A stretch of DNA of 62,953 bases, filler included. It is 5 parts of 5 records of this genome, joined end to end, with 100 filler letters (N's around TTAATTAATTAA, not from the genome) between each part and the next. Parts side by side here need not be neighbours in the genome. Positions count along the whole stretch, not along the records: positions 15,636 to 39,267 come from SRR20825010_2086; 4 more parts are not named here. One strand, written 5' to 3'. Under the pieces are notes generated by a model. The model was given only the letters and a program-made list of their open reading frames with translations, searched no databases and had not been told where the DNA came from. How positions within the stretch are numbered: position 1 is the first letter of the stretch; the number at the start of each line of letters is the position of its first letter. Of this stretch, positions 19,385-29,507 are shown piece by piece. A program made the position numbers and the translations under genes.

Positions 19385-20533
19385 TTATTTGCGAACAAGG
19401 TCGAGCGGCAGCCTGGAAAGCCGCTCGTTTCCATCGTCGGTGACAATGAAGGTCTCGCCGAGGGTCATGGCAAGATCCTTGTTGCTGTCCATCAGAATCA
19501 TGTGTGCGAAGAACACCATGCCGGGACGGATTTCAACAGGGTTGCCGTGATAGAACATCGGGAAGTCCATCCACATCGGAGCGAAGACGGCGCCGAGGGA
19601 GTAGCCGCAGGCATTCATCCGGGCATGGCTGTAACCGCGCTGGTCCATGACGCCGGCATGCGCGTCGAACACCGAGCCGACGATATTACCGGGGCGTAGT
19701 GCCGCGCGGCAGGCCTCCAGTGCTTCAACGCAGGCGCCGTGCATGTCGTCATGCTCTGGCCTCGGTGCTCCGATGGGGAGCGTGCGCATCATGCAGGCAT
19801 GGTAGTGCCGGTATGCCCCGGCAAACTCCAAAGTCAGTTGATCCTCGGCCTCCAGCGTGCGGCGGCCGGTGAAGTAGCGGCACAGCAGGGCGTCGGAGCC
19901 GGAGCCGATGATGAATTCGTTGCCGGGATAATCTCCGCCGCCCTTGAAGACGGCGCCCTGCATGGCGGCGAGTATGTCTCCCTCGAAGGCGCCCGGGCCG
20001 GTCAACTCCTGTCCGGCTATGAGGGCGTCGTCTGCCAATTCGGCGGCACGCCGGACATAGGCCAGCTCCGCCGGTGACTTGACCACGCGCAGCTCGGAGA
20101 CCAGCTCGGAACTGTCGATCAGTTTGCAGAAACCGTCCAGCTCCGCATTGATCGCCATGCCGTTCCGTGCGGTCAGACCGTAGGCCTCGTATTCAATGCC
20201 GAAGGTTTTTCCGGCGCCGCCAAACTCGCCCAGCATTGCTTTCAGCTCGCTTGCCGGTGTGGCGCCGTCCCGATCGACCCAGATCCGGATATCCTGGATC
20301 ATGCTGGTGTTCTGCGCCTGCCGGAGATCCGGCGCCCGGGTCATCAGGGCGAGACGCCCGTCCGCGCCGAGATAGAGGCACTGGAAGAAGCAGAAACCGA
20401 ACGTGTCATACCCCGTGAGGTAGAACATGCTCTCCTGGCGGAACATCAGCAGGCCGTCGAGGCCGCGCCGCTGCATCAGATCTATGGTCCGCGCGCGGCG
20501 GTCCGCGAGCTCCTGCTCGGTGAAATGCAGCAC
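19385..20533 (-). CDS. Xaa-Pro peptidase / M24 creatinase-like protein
   Basis: LRVVKSPAEL, QLTLEFAGAYRHYHA, ACGYSLG, PGMVFF. Confidence 0.85.
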   Translation of the reverse strand: MLHFTEQELADRRARTIDLMQRRGLDGLLMFRQESMFYLTGYDTFGFCFFQCLYLGADGRLALMTRAPDLRQAQNTSMIQDIRIWVDRDGATPASELKAMLGEFGGAGKTFGIEYEAYGLTARNGMAINAELDGFCKLIDSSELVSELRVVKSPAELAYVRRAAELADDALIAGQELTGPGAFEGDILAAMQGAVFKGGGDYPGNEFIIGSGSDALLCRYFTGRRTLEAEDQLTLEFAGAYRHYHACMMRTLPIGAPRPEHDDMHGACVEALEACRAALRPGNIVGSVFDAHAGVMDQRGYSHARMNACGYSLGAVFAPMWMDFPMFYHGNPVEIRPGMVFFAHMILMDSNKDLAMTLGETFIVTDDGNERLSRLPLDLVRK

Positions 20534-20536
20534 AGG

Positions 20537-21301
20537 CTACTCCGATATGACGATGGTTGAGAGCTGCCGTCCGTAATCCGGCTCATTGCGCAGGCGCGAG
20601 CGCCGGTAGCTGAAAAAGTTAGGCTCGTCCCTACAGGTATCACAATCAAGCCGGTAGAGCTCGCCCAGACCGAGACGGGACAGGCGGGAGGCGCAGTAGT
20701 TCGAGAGGTCGAACTGGAAGTGCCCCTCGCGATTGCCGGCACTGAAGAAGGCGGCGTTGTTCTTGTCCTGCTCGAGGAACGGCTGCGGGAATTCCGGGCC
20801 GACCTCGTAGGAGGCCTGACCTATGCAGGGGCCGACGGCGACCTGGATGTTGTCCGCACGGGCACCGAGTTCGATCATCGCATCGACTGTCGCTTCCATG
20901 ACGCCGTTCAGCGCGCCGCGCCAGCCTGCGTGGCAGGCGCCGATGATGCCATCTCCCGGATCGGAGAACAGGACCGGTGTGCAATCCGCCGAGAGGACGC
21001 CGAGGGCAATGTTCTTGCGTGCCGTCACCATGCCGTCGGCGCGTGGCGGCTCGTCTGGCCGTTCGTCGCTGTCGATGACATGGACGATTGCGGAATGGAT
21101 CTGGTTGCAGGTGAAGAGAGCCTCGGCATCGCAATCGAGTGCCGCCATGGTCCGTGCCCGGTTGGCGACGACGGCCTTTCGCGTGTCCCCGGATCCGAGC
21201 CCGCAATTGAGCGAGCGGTAGATGCCCTGACTGACCCCGCCGCGTCTTGTATAGAAAGCGTGGCGGATCTTGTCCGTATTCATCTCGTCAAGTTGGATCA
21301 C
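20537..21301 (-). CDS. pgeF: Peptidoglycan editing factor / purine nucleoside phosphorylase YfiH-like protein
   Basis: TRRGGVS, QIHS, ADCTPV, CHAGWRG, YEVG, FFSYRR. Confidence 0.92.
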   Translation of the reverse strand: MIQLDEMNTDKIRHAFYTRRGGVSQGIYRSLNCGLGSGDTRKAVVANRARTMAALDCDAEALFTCNQIHSAIVHVIDSDERPDEPPRADGMVTARKNIALGVLSADCTPVLFSDPGDGIIGACHAGWRGALNGVMEATVDAMIELGARADNIQVAVGPCIGQASYEVGPEFPQPFLEQDKNNAAFFSAGNREGHFQFDLSNYCASRLSRLGLGELYRLDCDTCRDEPNFFSYRRSRLRNEPDYGRQLSTIVISE

Positions 21302-22428
21302 CTTGAAAAGGCTCCCGTTTCACGCATCGACCTGTTTCGTGGCGGGCCGAAACCGGGAAGAGTGTCCATTCCCGGCGCGGTAATCGCCACAGCCTTGAAC
21401 AGCGTGCCCATTTCGGTGGGCTCGATCAAGCGCCGCGCGCCGCTACGGATTGTCGCCGCTTGGGCGGGGGAGGCTTTTTCGACAAGGGCCTGGGCCCGGG
21501 CTTCCATGCCAAGCGCGGAGAGGAATTGCCCCTGTGTCACGGTGCCGAAGCAGATGCAGCCGCCGGACGCGGCACTTTCCAGCAAAGCGCCGAAATCGAC
21601 ATGGGCGGTCAGATCCGCAGTCCCGGGCTTCTCCAGCACGTCCACATATTGATGGCCGCGCAGTGCCTGGAAGGTATCGCCGAAAGCGCTTTTGCCGTGT
21701 CCGTAATCAAGGAACAGTCCGGCGCCGCCACAACGGGTAATGTGCCGTGCGATCTGTTCCGTGATCATCCGGCCGTCCACGCAGATCTCGAATATGTCAC
21801 CCTCTGCGGGTATCAGGGCGGAAGGCACCAACCTGATCAGGTCGGTCGGTGCCGGCATATCCGACCAGCCAAGGGCGTCATTCCCGGCATCCCGGACGAT
21901 GCAGCGCTCCCGCCACGCACCGTCGCGGTGGATCAGGTGCCGGATGGGCAGGGCATCGAAAAACTCATTGCCGAGAATGAGGGAAGGCTGGTCCGGGAGA
22001 GTGTCCAGTGTGTCGTGCCAGACCATCTCGATACCGGACAGTGTCTCGCGCTGGAGGGCGCGGAGCCGGGGGCTGGCTTCGACGAGATGGACCTCAATGG
22101 CATCGCGGAAGCCCGGCACGATGCGGGCGGCGCGCAGTGCGTCGGCCATCAGCGTGCCACGGCCGGGACCGCATTCGACCAGCGCGATTTTATCCGGACT
22201 GCCTGACTGCTGCCAGACAGCGGCGCACCAGAGGCCGATCAGCTCGCCGAAGATCTGGCTGATCTCCGGTGCGGTGATGAAGTCGCCCGCCACTCCGAAC
22301 GGCTCGCGCGTCGTGTAATAGCCGTGCTCCGGATGCAGCAGGGCTTCCCGCATATAGCGCGCCACGGTGAGCGGGCCGTCCGTCTCGATCAGGGCCTTCA
22401 GATGTGCCGATAGCGGGCTTGCCGTCAT
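21298..22428 (-). CDS. SAM-dependent methyltransferase, MidA/NDUFAF7 family
   Basis: GYY...GDFITAPEISQIFGE, GPGRGTLMAD, NEFFDALP, DLTAHVDF, MGTLFK. Confidence 0.92.
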   Translation of the reverse strand: MTASPLSAHLKALIETDGPLTVARYMREALLHPEHGYYTTREPFGVAGDFITAPEISQIFGELIGLWCAAVWQQSGSPDKIALVECGPGRGTLMADALRAARIVPGFRDAIEVHLVEASPRLRALQRETLSGIEMVWHDTLDTLPDQPSLILGNEFFDALPIRHLIHRDGAWRERCIVRDAGNDALGWSDMPAPTDLIRLVPSALIPAEGDIFEICVDGRMITEQIARHITRCGGAGLFLDYGHGKSAFGDTFQALRGHQYVDVLEKPGTADLTAHVDFGALLESAASGGCICFGTVTQGQFLSALGMEARAQALVEKASPAQAATIRSGARRLIEPTEMGTLFKAVAITAPGMDTLPGFGPPRNRSMRETGAFSR

Positions 22429-23240
22429 GAATTATCCGGGAGCGGAGGACGGCGGAGAGCCCAGATCATCACCCCGACCCCGACCAGGATCATCGGCAGC
22501 GAAAGAAGCTGTCCCATGGTCGCGCCTGCGAACAGGAAGCCGAGTTGCGCATCGGGTTCCCGGAAGAACTCGACGATGAAGCGGGCGGTGCCGTATCCGG
22601 CAAAGAACAGGCCGCCGATTGCACCGGGATAGCGCCTGATATCGGTACGGGCGATCAGCAGGGCAATAAGGGTGAACAGCACCAGACCTTCCAGCGCGGC
22701 TTCATAAAGCTGGCTCGGATGCCGGGGCATGGGGCCGCCATTCGGAAACACCATGGACCAGGGCACATCGGTGGCGCGTCCATAAAGCTCGCCATTGATG
22801 AAGTTCGCGATGCGGCCGAAGAACAACCCGATCGGTGCTGCCGCCGCCACGATGTCGCCAACCAGGAGCGAGTTGATGCCGCGCCGCCGGGCGAACAGGA
22901 ACAATCCGGCGAGCGTGCCGAGCATACCGCCATGGAAAGCCATGCCGCCTTGCCAGACCATCAGGATCTGCATCGGATTTTCGAGATAGTAGGGGAGGTT
23001 GTAGAACAGCACGTAGCCGATGCGGCCGCCGAGCACCACGCCGAGCGTGGCATAGACCAGCAGATCGTCCAGCGAGGACGGATCCATGAAACGTGGTGTG
23101 CGGCGGCACAGATGCACGCAATAGCGCCAGCCGAGGATCAGACCGGCTATGTAGGCGAGGGCGTACCAGCGGACGGCGAACGGTCCGACGGAAAAGATCA
23201 CCGGATCGATATTCGGGAAAGGCAGGCCAGCCTGCTCCAT
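22425..23240 (-). CDS. lgt: Prolipoprotein diacylglyceryl transferase
   Basis: WYAL, GGRIGY, GGMAFHGG, RIANFINGELYGR, RHPSQLYE, EFFREPD. Confidence 0.97.
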   Translation of the reverse strand: MEQAGLPFPNIDPVIFSVGPFAVRWYALAYIAGLILGWRYCVHLCRRTPRFMDPSSLDDLLVYATLGVVLGGRIGYVLFYNLPYYLENPMQILMVWQGGMAFHGGMLGTLAGLFLFARRRGINSLLVGDIVAAAAPIGLFFGRIANFINGELYGRATDVPWSMVFPNGGPMPRHPSQLYEAALEGLVLFTLIALLIARTDIRRYPGAIGGLFFAGYGTARFIVEFFREPDAQLGFLFAGATMGQLLSLPMILVGVGVMIWALRRPPLPDNS

Positions 23241-23257
23241 AAGGGACGCTCCAGCGA

Positions 23258-24250
23258 TCAGCGGTAGGGATCTTCAGTGTCGAGATAGTCCTGAACGTAG
23301 CACCGAATGCCTTCTTCAAGCGGGGTGAACTGGCCGGGATACCCGGCATCCCGCAGCTTCTCCATGCGCGCTTCGGTGAAATACTGGTAGCGGTCCCGGA
23401 TCTCCACCGGCGTATCGACGAAATCGATGCGCGGGTCCTTGCCGAGAGCGACATAGACCGCGCGGGCGAGATCGGCGAACGAACGGGCCTGGCCGGTACC
23501 GAGATTGAACAGGCCGGAGACATCCGGCGTGTCGTGCAGCCAGATCATCACGTCGACACAATCGCCGACCCAGACGAAATCGCGGAGCTGGCCGCCATCC
23601 TCGTAATCCGGGTTGTGGGAGCGGAACAGCGTCGCCGGCAGGTTGGCGGCCGCGCGCGGGTAGATCTGCGCCACCACGCTTTGCTGGCCGCCCTTATGGG
23701 ATTCATTAGGGCCGTAGACATTGAAGAACTTGAGCCCGGCCCATTGTTTCGGCGTCTTGCGTCCCTCGGCAACCAGGCGGGCGATCCGGCGGTCGAACAG
23801 ATGCTTGCTCCAGCCATAGGGATTGAGCGGCTGCAGTCCGGCGAGGCCGTCGATGCTGGCATCGTCCTCGAAACCCTCGCTACCGTCGCCATAGGTAGCG
23901 GCGGACGAGGCGTAGATCAGTCTTGCGTCATTCTCGGCGCACCATGTCCACAGATCGACGGAGGTGCGGAAATTCTGTTTCACGATGAAATCGGCATCGC
24001 GTTCGGTGGTGGAGGAGCTGGCACCAAGATGAAACACGGTCTCGACCACGTCCTTGTGCCTGTCGAGAAAGTCGAACAGATCCTCGGGCGGGATGATGTC
24101 GGCCAACTCGCGCTTTGCAATGTTGCGCCACTTCTCTCCGGCACCGAGCGTGTCGCAGACCACGATGTCCCGCGCCAGATCCTCGCGTTCGCTGAGGGCG
24201 GCGACCAGGTTGGATCCGATAAATCCGGCGCCGCCTGTAACGACAATCAT
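23258..24250 (-). CDS. hldD: ADP-L-glycero-D-manno-heptose 6-epimerase
   Basis: MIVVTGGAGFIGSN, YASSAATYG, PLNPYGWSK, FFNVYGP, YQYFTEA. True start is 24250. Confidence 0.92.
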   Translation of the reverse strand: MIVVTGGAGFIGSNLVAALSEREDLARDIVVCDTLGAGEKWRNIAKRELADIIPPEDLFDFLDRHKDVVETVFHLGASSSTTERDADFIVKQNFRTSVDLWTWCAENDARLIYASSAATYGDGSEGFEDDASIDGLAGLQPLNPYGWSKHLFDRRIARLVAEGRKTPKQWAGLKFFNVYGPNESHKGGQQSVVAQIYPRAAANLPATLFRSHNPDYEDGGQLRDFVWVGDCVDVMIWLHDTPDVSGLFNLGTGQARSFADLARAVYVALGKDPRIDFVDTPVEIRDRYQYFTEARMEKLRDAGYPGQFTPLEEGIRCYVQDYLDTEDPYR

Positions 24251-24406
24251 GCTCGTTCCTCCGATCCTAACTCTATATGGATGTTTCTCGCCCGACGCGG
24301 ATTGCTTTCGCAAGCTCGAAAGTAGTAGGTCTGGGGACGGACGCTGCTTGTGCCCCGAGGATTTGCCCAATATCCGGCAGCCGGGCCAGACCAGGAGGAG
24401 CCGCCG

Positions 24407-24754
24407 ATGCAGACGAATAACAGATTTTTCGATGACATCGCCAAGATGGCGAACGGCGCCATGTCCGCCGCCGCCGGTGTCCGCGAGGAGATGGAGCAGC
24501 TGATTCGTCAGCAGTTCGAGCGCTATCTCGGTGAGCACGATCTTGTGACTTACGAGGAATTTGCGGCCGTTCGCGAACAGGCGAGCAAGGCGCGCTCCGA
24601 ACAGGAAGCGCTTGCGGAACGTGTTGCAATGCTTGAAAAGGAGCTCGCAAGCCTAAAGGAGGCCAAGGCGAAGACCACGCGCCGGGCACCAAAGCAGGCA
24701 AAAACAACGACTTCCGCCAAATCCGCTGCGCCGGATACGGCACAGAATAAATAA
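24407..24754 (+). CDS. ubiK: UbiK/BMFP family accessory protein
   Basis: MQTNNRFFDDIAK...DLVTYEEFAAVRE followed by a coiled coil; ATG after GGAGGAG. Confidence 0.85.
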   Translation: MQTNNRFFDDIAKMANGAMSAAAGVREEMEQLIRQQFERYLGEHDLVTYEEFAAVREQASKARSEQEALAERVAMLEKELASLKEAKAKTTRRAPKQAKTTTSAKSAAPDTAQNK

Positions 24755-24782
24755 GCCGCTGTTTTGTAAAGAAAACTAAATA

Positions 24783-24891
24783 GACCAATATTTCGGACGC
24801 GACCCACGAAATATAGGTTGATCGCGGGTTTCGCATTTGAGAGGCTACTTCTCGTGGTACTTGGCGATTGGTATCACGCTAGATCTAGTCA
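24783..24891. promoter_or_regulatory. Three NrdR-box-like 16-mers upstream of ybjN
   Basis: gacCaAtATtTcGgac (24783), ccaCgAaATaTaGgtt (24804) and acgCtAgATcTaGtca (24876); the first two are 21 bp apart. Confidence 0.55.
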
Positions 24892-24983
24892 GGCTGTTAA
24901 TCGCGGTCTGACGGACCAAGCTTCCCTGTCTACGATCGTCCCGGAGCGCCGGACAGCGCACCTCTCAGAGGGGGTTTGATAGT

Positions 24984-25487
24984 ATGTCTCTGACTTACGT
25001 CGAAACGGTTGAAGTTCCCCGTAATCCGTTAGACCTGATGGAGGAAATTGTCGGAGCCAATGATTGGGCTCACGAGCGTGCAAGCACAGACGAGCTTGCC
25101 GTCGAAATCCAAGGCCGCTGGGCTGACTACCGGCTCTTTTTCCTCTGGCAGGAGGATATGGGAGCGCTTCACTTCTCGTGCATTTTCGAAAGCCGGGTTC
25201 CGGTCGAGAAACGGCGCGAGGTCCATTCCCTGCTTGCAATGATCAACGAGAAACTCTGGCTCGGTCATTTCGACCTCTCCACCGAAGACGGAACACCGAT
25301 GTTTCGTCAAACCTGTCTGCTGCGTGGCGCGCATTCCGCGAGCGTCGAGCAGCTTGAGGATCTGGTGGATGTCGCCCTGACCGAATGCGAGCGCTTCTTC
25401 CCTGCGTTCCAGTTCGTCATCTGGGGCGGAAAATCGGCGGAAGAGGCGATGCAGGCCTCCCTGCTGGATGTTGTCGGAGAAGCTTGA
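24984..25487 (+). CDS. YbjN-domain protein (putative sensory transduction regulator)
   Basis: NPLDLMEE, INEKLWLGHF, ECERFFPAFQFVIWGGK; usual position before proC in Alphaproteobacteria. Confidence 0.85.
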   Translation: MSLTYVETVEVPRNPLDLMEEIVGANDWAHERASTDELAVEIQGRWADYRLFFLWQEDMGALHFSCIFESRVPVEKRREVHSLLAMINEKLWLGHFDLSTEDGTPMFRQTCLLRGAHSASVEQLEDLVDVALTECERFFPAFQFVIWGGKSAEEAMQASLLDVVGEA

Positions 25488-25494
25488 CCTTCCA

Positions 25495-26307
25495 ATGAAC
25501 AAATCTCTCCTGCTGCTTGGATGCGGCAAAATGGGCGGCGCCCTTCTTCAAGGCTGGCTTGAAAAAGGCTACGCCGCTCATGGCATCTGCGTGATCGAAC
25601 ATTCCGAAGCCGCGACGGCTCAGTTTGATGGCATCGACGGTGTGACTGTCGTCCGGGATATCTCGGACGTTCCGGAGGATTTCCATCCGGGAATGGTCAT
25701 GCTGGCGCTCAAGCCACAAATGATGGACGCGGCGGCACCGCTGGCCCGCTATGCCGGTCCGGAAACGGCTTTCCTGTCGATCGCGGCGGGCAAGACCATC
25801 CAGTATTTCGAAAGCCTGCTCGGCTCCGATGCGGCGATTATCCGCTCCATGCCGAATACCCCGGCTGCGGTCGGGCGCGGGATCACCGCCTATGTCGGCA
25901 ACAATGCCGCCAGTCAGGCGCAGATGAACCTGGCTGGTGATCTGCTGTCCGCTGTCGGTGAAGCGCTGGAGGTCCCGGAAGAGGGAATGCTCGACGCGGT
26001 GACAGCGGTTTCCGGCAGTGGCCCCGCCTATGTGTTTTATGTCATCGAGGTGATGGCGGCGGCTGGCGAGAAACTTGGCCTGCCGGCCGATCTCGCCATG
26101 CGCCTTGCATCGGCCACGGTGTCCGGCGCTGGGGAGCTTGCACGGCAATCCTCCGAGCCGGCGGCGCAGCTTCGGCAGAATGTCACCAGTCCCGGCGGAA
26201 CCACAGCCGAAGCACTGAAAGTGCTGATGGCGGATGACGGTATTGGTCCGGTCTTCGAAAAAGCGCTGAAAGCAGCGGCGGACCGGTCGCGGGAGCTTGC
26301 CGGGTAG
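25495..26307 (+). CDS. proC: Pyrroline-5-carboxylate reductase
   Basis: GCGKMG, KPQ, SIAAG, RSMPNTP, AVSGSGPAY, VTSPGGTT. Confidence 0.96.
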   Translation: MNKSLLLLGCGKMGGALLQGWLEKGYAAHGICVIEHSEAATAQFDGIDGVTVVRDISDVPEDFHPGMVMLALKPQMMDAAAPLARYAGPETAFLSIAAGKTIQYFESLLGSDAAIIRSMPNTPAAVGRGITAYVGNNAASQAQMNLAGDLLSAVGEALEVPEEGMLDAVTAVSGSGPAYVFYVIEVMAAAGEKLGLPADLAMRLASATVSGAGELARQSSEPAAQLRQNVTSPGGTTAEALKVLMADDGIGPVFEKALKAAADRSRELAG

Positions 26308-26372
26308 GCTGTTCCCTTGCTCCCTGTTCTTGAAGACCCATATCGTGGAGGTACACACGATATGGATGAGCC

Positions 26373-26987
26373 ATGGCACCGGCGGACAGCGAGACGATCC
26401 TCGATAAAGTCCTGGAGATAGCAGGCGATAAAGGCTGGACCGGGTTGACCATGGAGATGGTTGCCGAGGGCGCCGGGGTGCCGCTTGCCGATCTGATCCG
26501 GGCCTACCCCCGCAAATCCACCATACTGAACGCCCTGGCGGACCGGTTTGAGCAACTTGCCGAAGTGGCCACGGATCCGGAGGCTTGCGACCCGTCCCTG
26601 CCTGTGCCGGAGCGACTCTTTGACGCAATCATGACGCGCTTCGAGCTGATGCAGGAGCATCGCGACGGCTATGTCGCGATCATCGGCGCGGCGCGCCGGG
26701 ATCCCTGCATGGCCTTGACCGGAGCAACCCGGCTACAGCCCGCAATGGGAATAATCCTGCGCCAGACCGGTCTTGAAGGCAGGGGCCTCTCCGGGGTTCT
26801 GCGCCGCAAGGTGTTGAGCCTGCTCTATCTTTCTGTTCTTCAGGTATGGCTGAAGGATGAGAGCGAGGATCTTGGCCCGACCATGGCGGCACTGGACAAA
26901 CGGTTGAGGCAGCTTGATGAGATCGTGATGGCTACGCCTTTCAGGGGAAAAACGCGGCGGAGTGAGGATTCGAAAGCCGGTGCATGA
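26373..26987 (+). CDS. TetR/AcrR family regulator
   Basis: N-terminal HTH (GWTGLTMEMVAEGAGV), ERLFDAIMTRF, TMAALDKRL. Confidence 0.8.
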   Translation: MAPADSETILDKVLEIAGDKGWTGLTMEMVAEGAGVPLADLIRAYPRKSTILNALADRFEQLAEVATDPEACDPSLPVPERLFDAIMTRFELMQEHRDGYVAIIGAARRDPCMALTGATRLQPAMGIILRQTGLEGRGLSGVLRRKVLSLLYLSVLQVWLKDESEDLGPTMAALDKRLRQLDEIVMATPFRGKTRRSEDSKAGA

Positions 26988-26996
26988 GTGTTTTGT

Positions 26997-27084
26997 TGCA
27001 GTGCAGCATAAGGCTTGACATTTTCCTCAAATACCCCGATATCAATGGTGATGATGCGTTGCAACATAACGCTGCACCGCAGGA
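26997..27084 (+). promoter_or_regulatory. Phasin promoter with three PhaR-box-like motifs
   Basis: TGCAGTGCAGCA (26997), TGCGTTGCAACA (27055) and TGCACCGCAGGA (27073), flanking TTGACA at 27015. Confidence 0.65.
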
Positions 27085-27151
27085 AACAACCAGCGTATTC
27101 CGGCCTGAACGGTTCGCGTAATACGTGGTCAAAAAATTACGGAGACGTTCA

Positions 27152-27577
27152 ATGGCCAAGCAGGAAAACCCCTTCATCAATCTCGATTTCCAGAAAATGA
27201 TGACGGATTTCAAAATGCCGGGCATCGATGCAGACGCGCTGATGAATGCGCAGCAGAAGAATATTGAAGCCATCGCCAGCGCCAATCAGCTGGCCGTGGA
27301 AGGCATGCAGGCTATTGGCAAGCGTCAGGCCGAACTCTTCCAGCAGGCTGTCGAGGAGTCCCAGAAGACTCTCGGTGAGCTGATGACGCAGGGTGCGCCG
27401 GAAGACCGTATTGCCAAGCAGGCCGAGACCGTGAAAACCACGATCGAGCGTACGGTGACGAACCTCCGTGAGATTTCCGAGATGCTCGCGAAGTCGAACC
27501 AGGAAGCTTTCGAAGTGATCAACAAGCGGATCACCGAAAGCCTCGAAGAAGTTCAGTCCCTCGCCGGCAAGAAATAA
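27152..27577 (+). CDS. phaP: Phasin family (PHA granule-associated) protein
   Basis: AQQKNIEAIASANQLAVEGMQAIGKRQAE...INKRITESLEE. Confidence 0.85.
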   Translation: MAKQENPFINLDFQKMMTDFKMPGIDADALMNAQQKNIEAIASANQLAVEGMQAIGKRQAELFQQAVEESQKTLGELMTQGAPEDRIAKQAETVKTTIERTVTNLREISEMLAKSNQEAFEVINKRITESLEEVQSLAGKK

Positions 27578-27601
27578 GCTTTCCCCCGAGAGAGTGCGAA
27601 G

Positions 27602-27640
27602 AGCCGTCGGAGCCTCTGGTTCCGGCGGCTTTTTGTTTTT
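27602..27640 (+). terminator. Rho-independent terminator
   Basis: AGCCGTCGGAGCC-TCT-GGTTCCGGCGGCT followed by TTTTGTTTTT. Confidence 0.85.
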
Positions 27641-27713
27641 TCGGGCCGGGTAAAACCCACTTCACGGCATAGGAATGAACGCATAAGGTCCGCTTCCGAA
27701 CAGGGAGCTACTT

Positions 27714-28049
27714 ATGACCATCGAATTTTCCGATTTTCAAAAAGTTGAAATCCGCGTCGGCACCGTGACCGATGCCCAGCCCTACCCGGAGGCGCGCAAG
27801 CCGGCGATCAAACTCTGGATCGATTTCGGACCGGAGATTGGCGAACGGAAGACGTCAGCGCAGATCACCAAGCACTACACGCCGGAAGGCATGAAGGGCA
27901 AACAGGTGGCTGCCGTCGTGAACTTTCCGCCGAAACAGATCGGCAAGTTCATGAGCGAATGTCTGGTCGTCGGGTTCCCGGACGAGGACGGCGAAGTTGT
28001 GCTGCTCAGCCCGACGCTGACCGTCCCGAACGGCGGCCGTCTTTATTAG
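27714..28049 (+). CDS. csaA: tRNA-binding/export chaperone CsaA
   Basis: [40 protein letters not shown]. Confidence 0.92.
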   Translation: MTIEFSDFQKVEIRVGTVTDAQPYPEARKPAIKLWIDFGPEIGERKTSAQITKHYTPEGMKGKQVAAVVNFPPKQIGKFMSECLVVGFPDEDGEVVLLSPTLTVPNGGRLY

Positions 28050-29407
28050 ACCGGCATCCGGATCCGCACTCGAAGGCCGCCGAGCGGCGAGTCTTCCAGG
28101 CCGATTTCGCCGCCATGGCTGTGCACGATATCCCGGGCAATGGTCAGGCCCAGACCTGTGCCGCCTGTCTCCGGGTTCCGTGAGGGATCGCCGCGATAGA
28201 AGGGTTTGAAGACGCGCCCGCGTTCGGCTTCCGGAATGCCCGGCCCATCGTCATCAACGAAAATCTCATAGGCGACGTCGGACGCATCCAGTGTGATGCG
28301 GACGGTCTTCGCGTACCGGCGCGCGTTGGAGACCAGATTGGTGAGCGCCCGCTTCAGGGATTGCGGTTTCATCTCGACCGGCGGCAGCGGTTTCCCGATC
28401 ATTTCCAGCTCAAGCGTCATGCCGCCGCGCCGCTCGCCGATGGCGAAGTCGGCAACCAGAGCTTTGACGTCCGTCGTGACGGCGGCCTCCGTTCCCTCAC
28501 CGCGGGCAAAGGCGAGATAGCCTTCGACCATCCGCTCCATGTCCTGCACGTCGGCCTGGAGCTCCTGAACGGCCTTGTCCTCGCCGAGCATGGCGAGTTG
28601 CAGCTTCATCCGGGTGAGCGGCGTGCGCAGGTCGTGCGAGACACCGCTCAGCATGTCGGTGCGCTGTTTGATCTGGCGCCGGATCCGGGCCCGCATCTGC
28701 TGGAAGGCTTCGGCGGCCTGCCGGACTTCGTGCGCGCCTTCCGGCTTGAAGTTGGTGACCTCGCGTCCGAGGCCGAAGGCCCGGGCGGCGATGGCGAGTC
28801 TTCGGATCGGCCGGATCTGGTTGCGCATGAAGATCAGCGCGATGGCGAACAGGATCAGGGCACTGCCCAGCATCCACATGACGAAGATATAGGTGGTCGA
28901 GGTGTAGAGGCGTTTTTCATGCGCGAGCACTTCGAGAACGCCATCCGAAATCTGCACGGTGATGGCGATCTGCCTGTCGCCCGCTTCGGTGTCGATCATG
29001 AAGGGGCGGCGTACCTGCTCGGTCATGGCATGGCGCATCTGGCGCAATGTGGGGTCAAAAATGGTTACGGTGCCGCGGTTTTCCAGAATGGCGCCCGACC
29101 GGTAGGTGACGATCAGGCCAAGGTGATTGCGGGAAAGCCGGTCGATCCGGGCCAGGGAGGCCGGGCTGGAATCCGCTTCGATTTCCGTGACGATCAGGGC
29201 GATGTCCCCGGCAAGCGAGGTTGCAAGCCGCCGCACCATCGTATCCCAGTGCCGATCATAGAAAACAAAGGTCGAGATCGCCTGCATCAGGATCAGCGGT
29301 GTCAGGAAAATCGCCAGCGCCCGTCCGAACAGGGTCTTCGGCATGCGGCGCTTCAGCCAGGATCGGCGCTTGGTCTGTGGAGCGTTTTCGGCAAGGGTTG
29401 CCATCAA
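28046..29407 (-). CDS. EnvZ-like sensor histidine kinase
   Basis: Two TM segments, [32 protein letters not shown]. Confidence 0.93.
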   Translation of the reverse strand: MMATLAENAPQTKRRSWLKRRMPKTLFGRALAIFLTPLILMQAISTFVFYDRHWDTMVRRLATSLAGDIALIVTEIEADSSPASLARIDRLSRNHLGLIVTYRSGAILENRGTVTIFDPTLRQMRHAMTEQVRRPFMIDTEAGDRQIAITVQISDGVLEVLAHEKRLYTSTTYIFVMWMLGSALILFAIALIFMRNQIRPIRRLAIAARAFGLGREVTNFKPEGAHEVRQAAEAFQQMRARIRRQIKQRTDMLSGVSHDLRTPLTRMKLQLAMLGEDKAVQELQADVQDMERMVEGYLAFARGEGTEAAVTTDVKALVADFAIGERRGGMTLELEMIGKPLPPVEMKPQSLKRALTNLVSNARRYAKTVRITLDASDVAYEIFVDDDGPGIPEAERGRVFKPFYRGDPSRNPETGGTGLGLTIARDIVHSHGGEIGLEDSPLGGLRVRIRMPV

Positions 29408-29507
29408 TCGGATGCCGTTCTCTGTGTTGGCGTTCAGGCCCGCTACATGGGGGATATGGTAGGATAAATCAGCTCGTACCGATAGCGGTGCGCGTCAGGG
29501 GAGTGGC

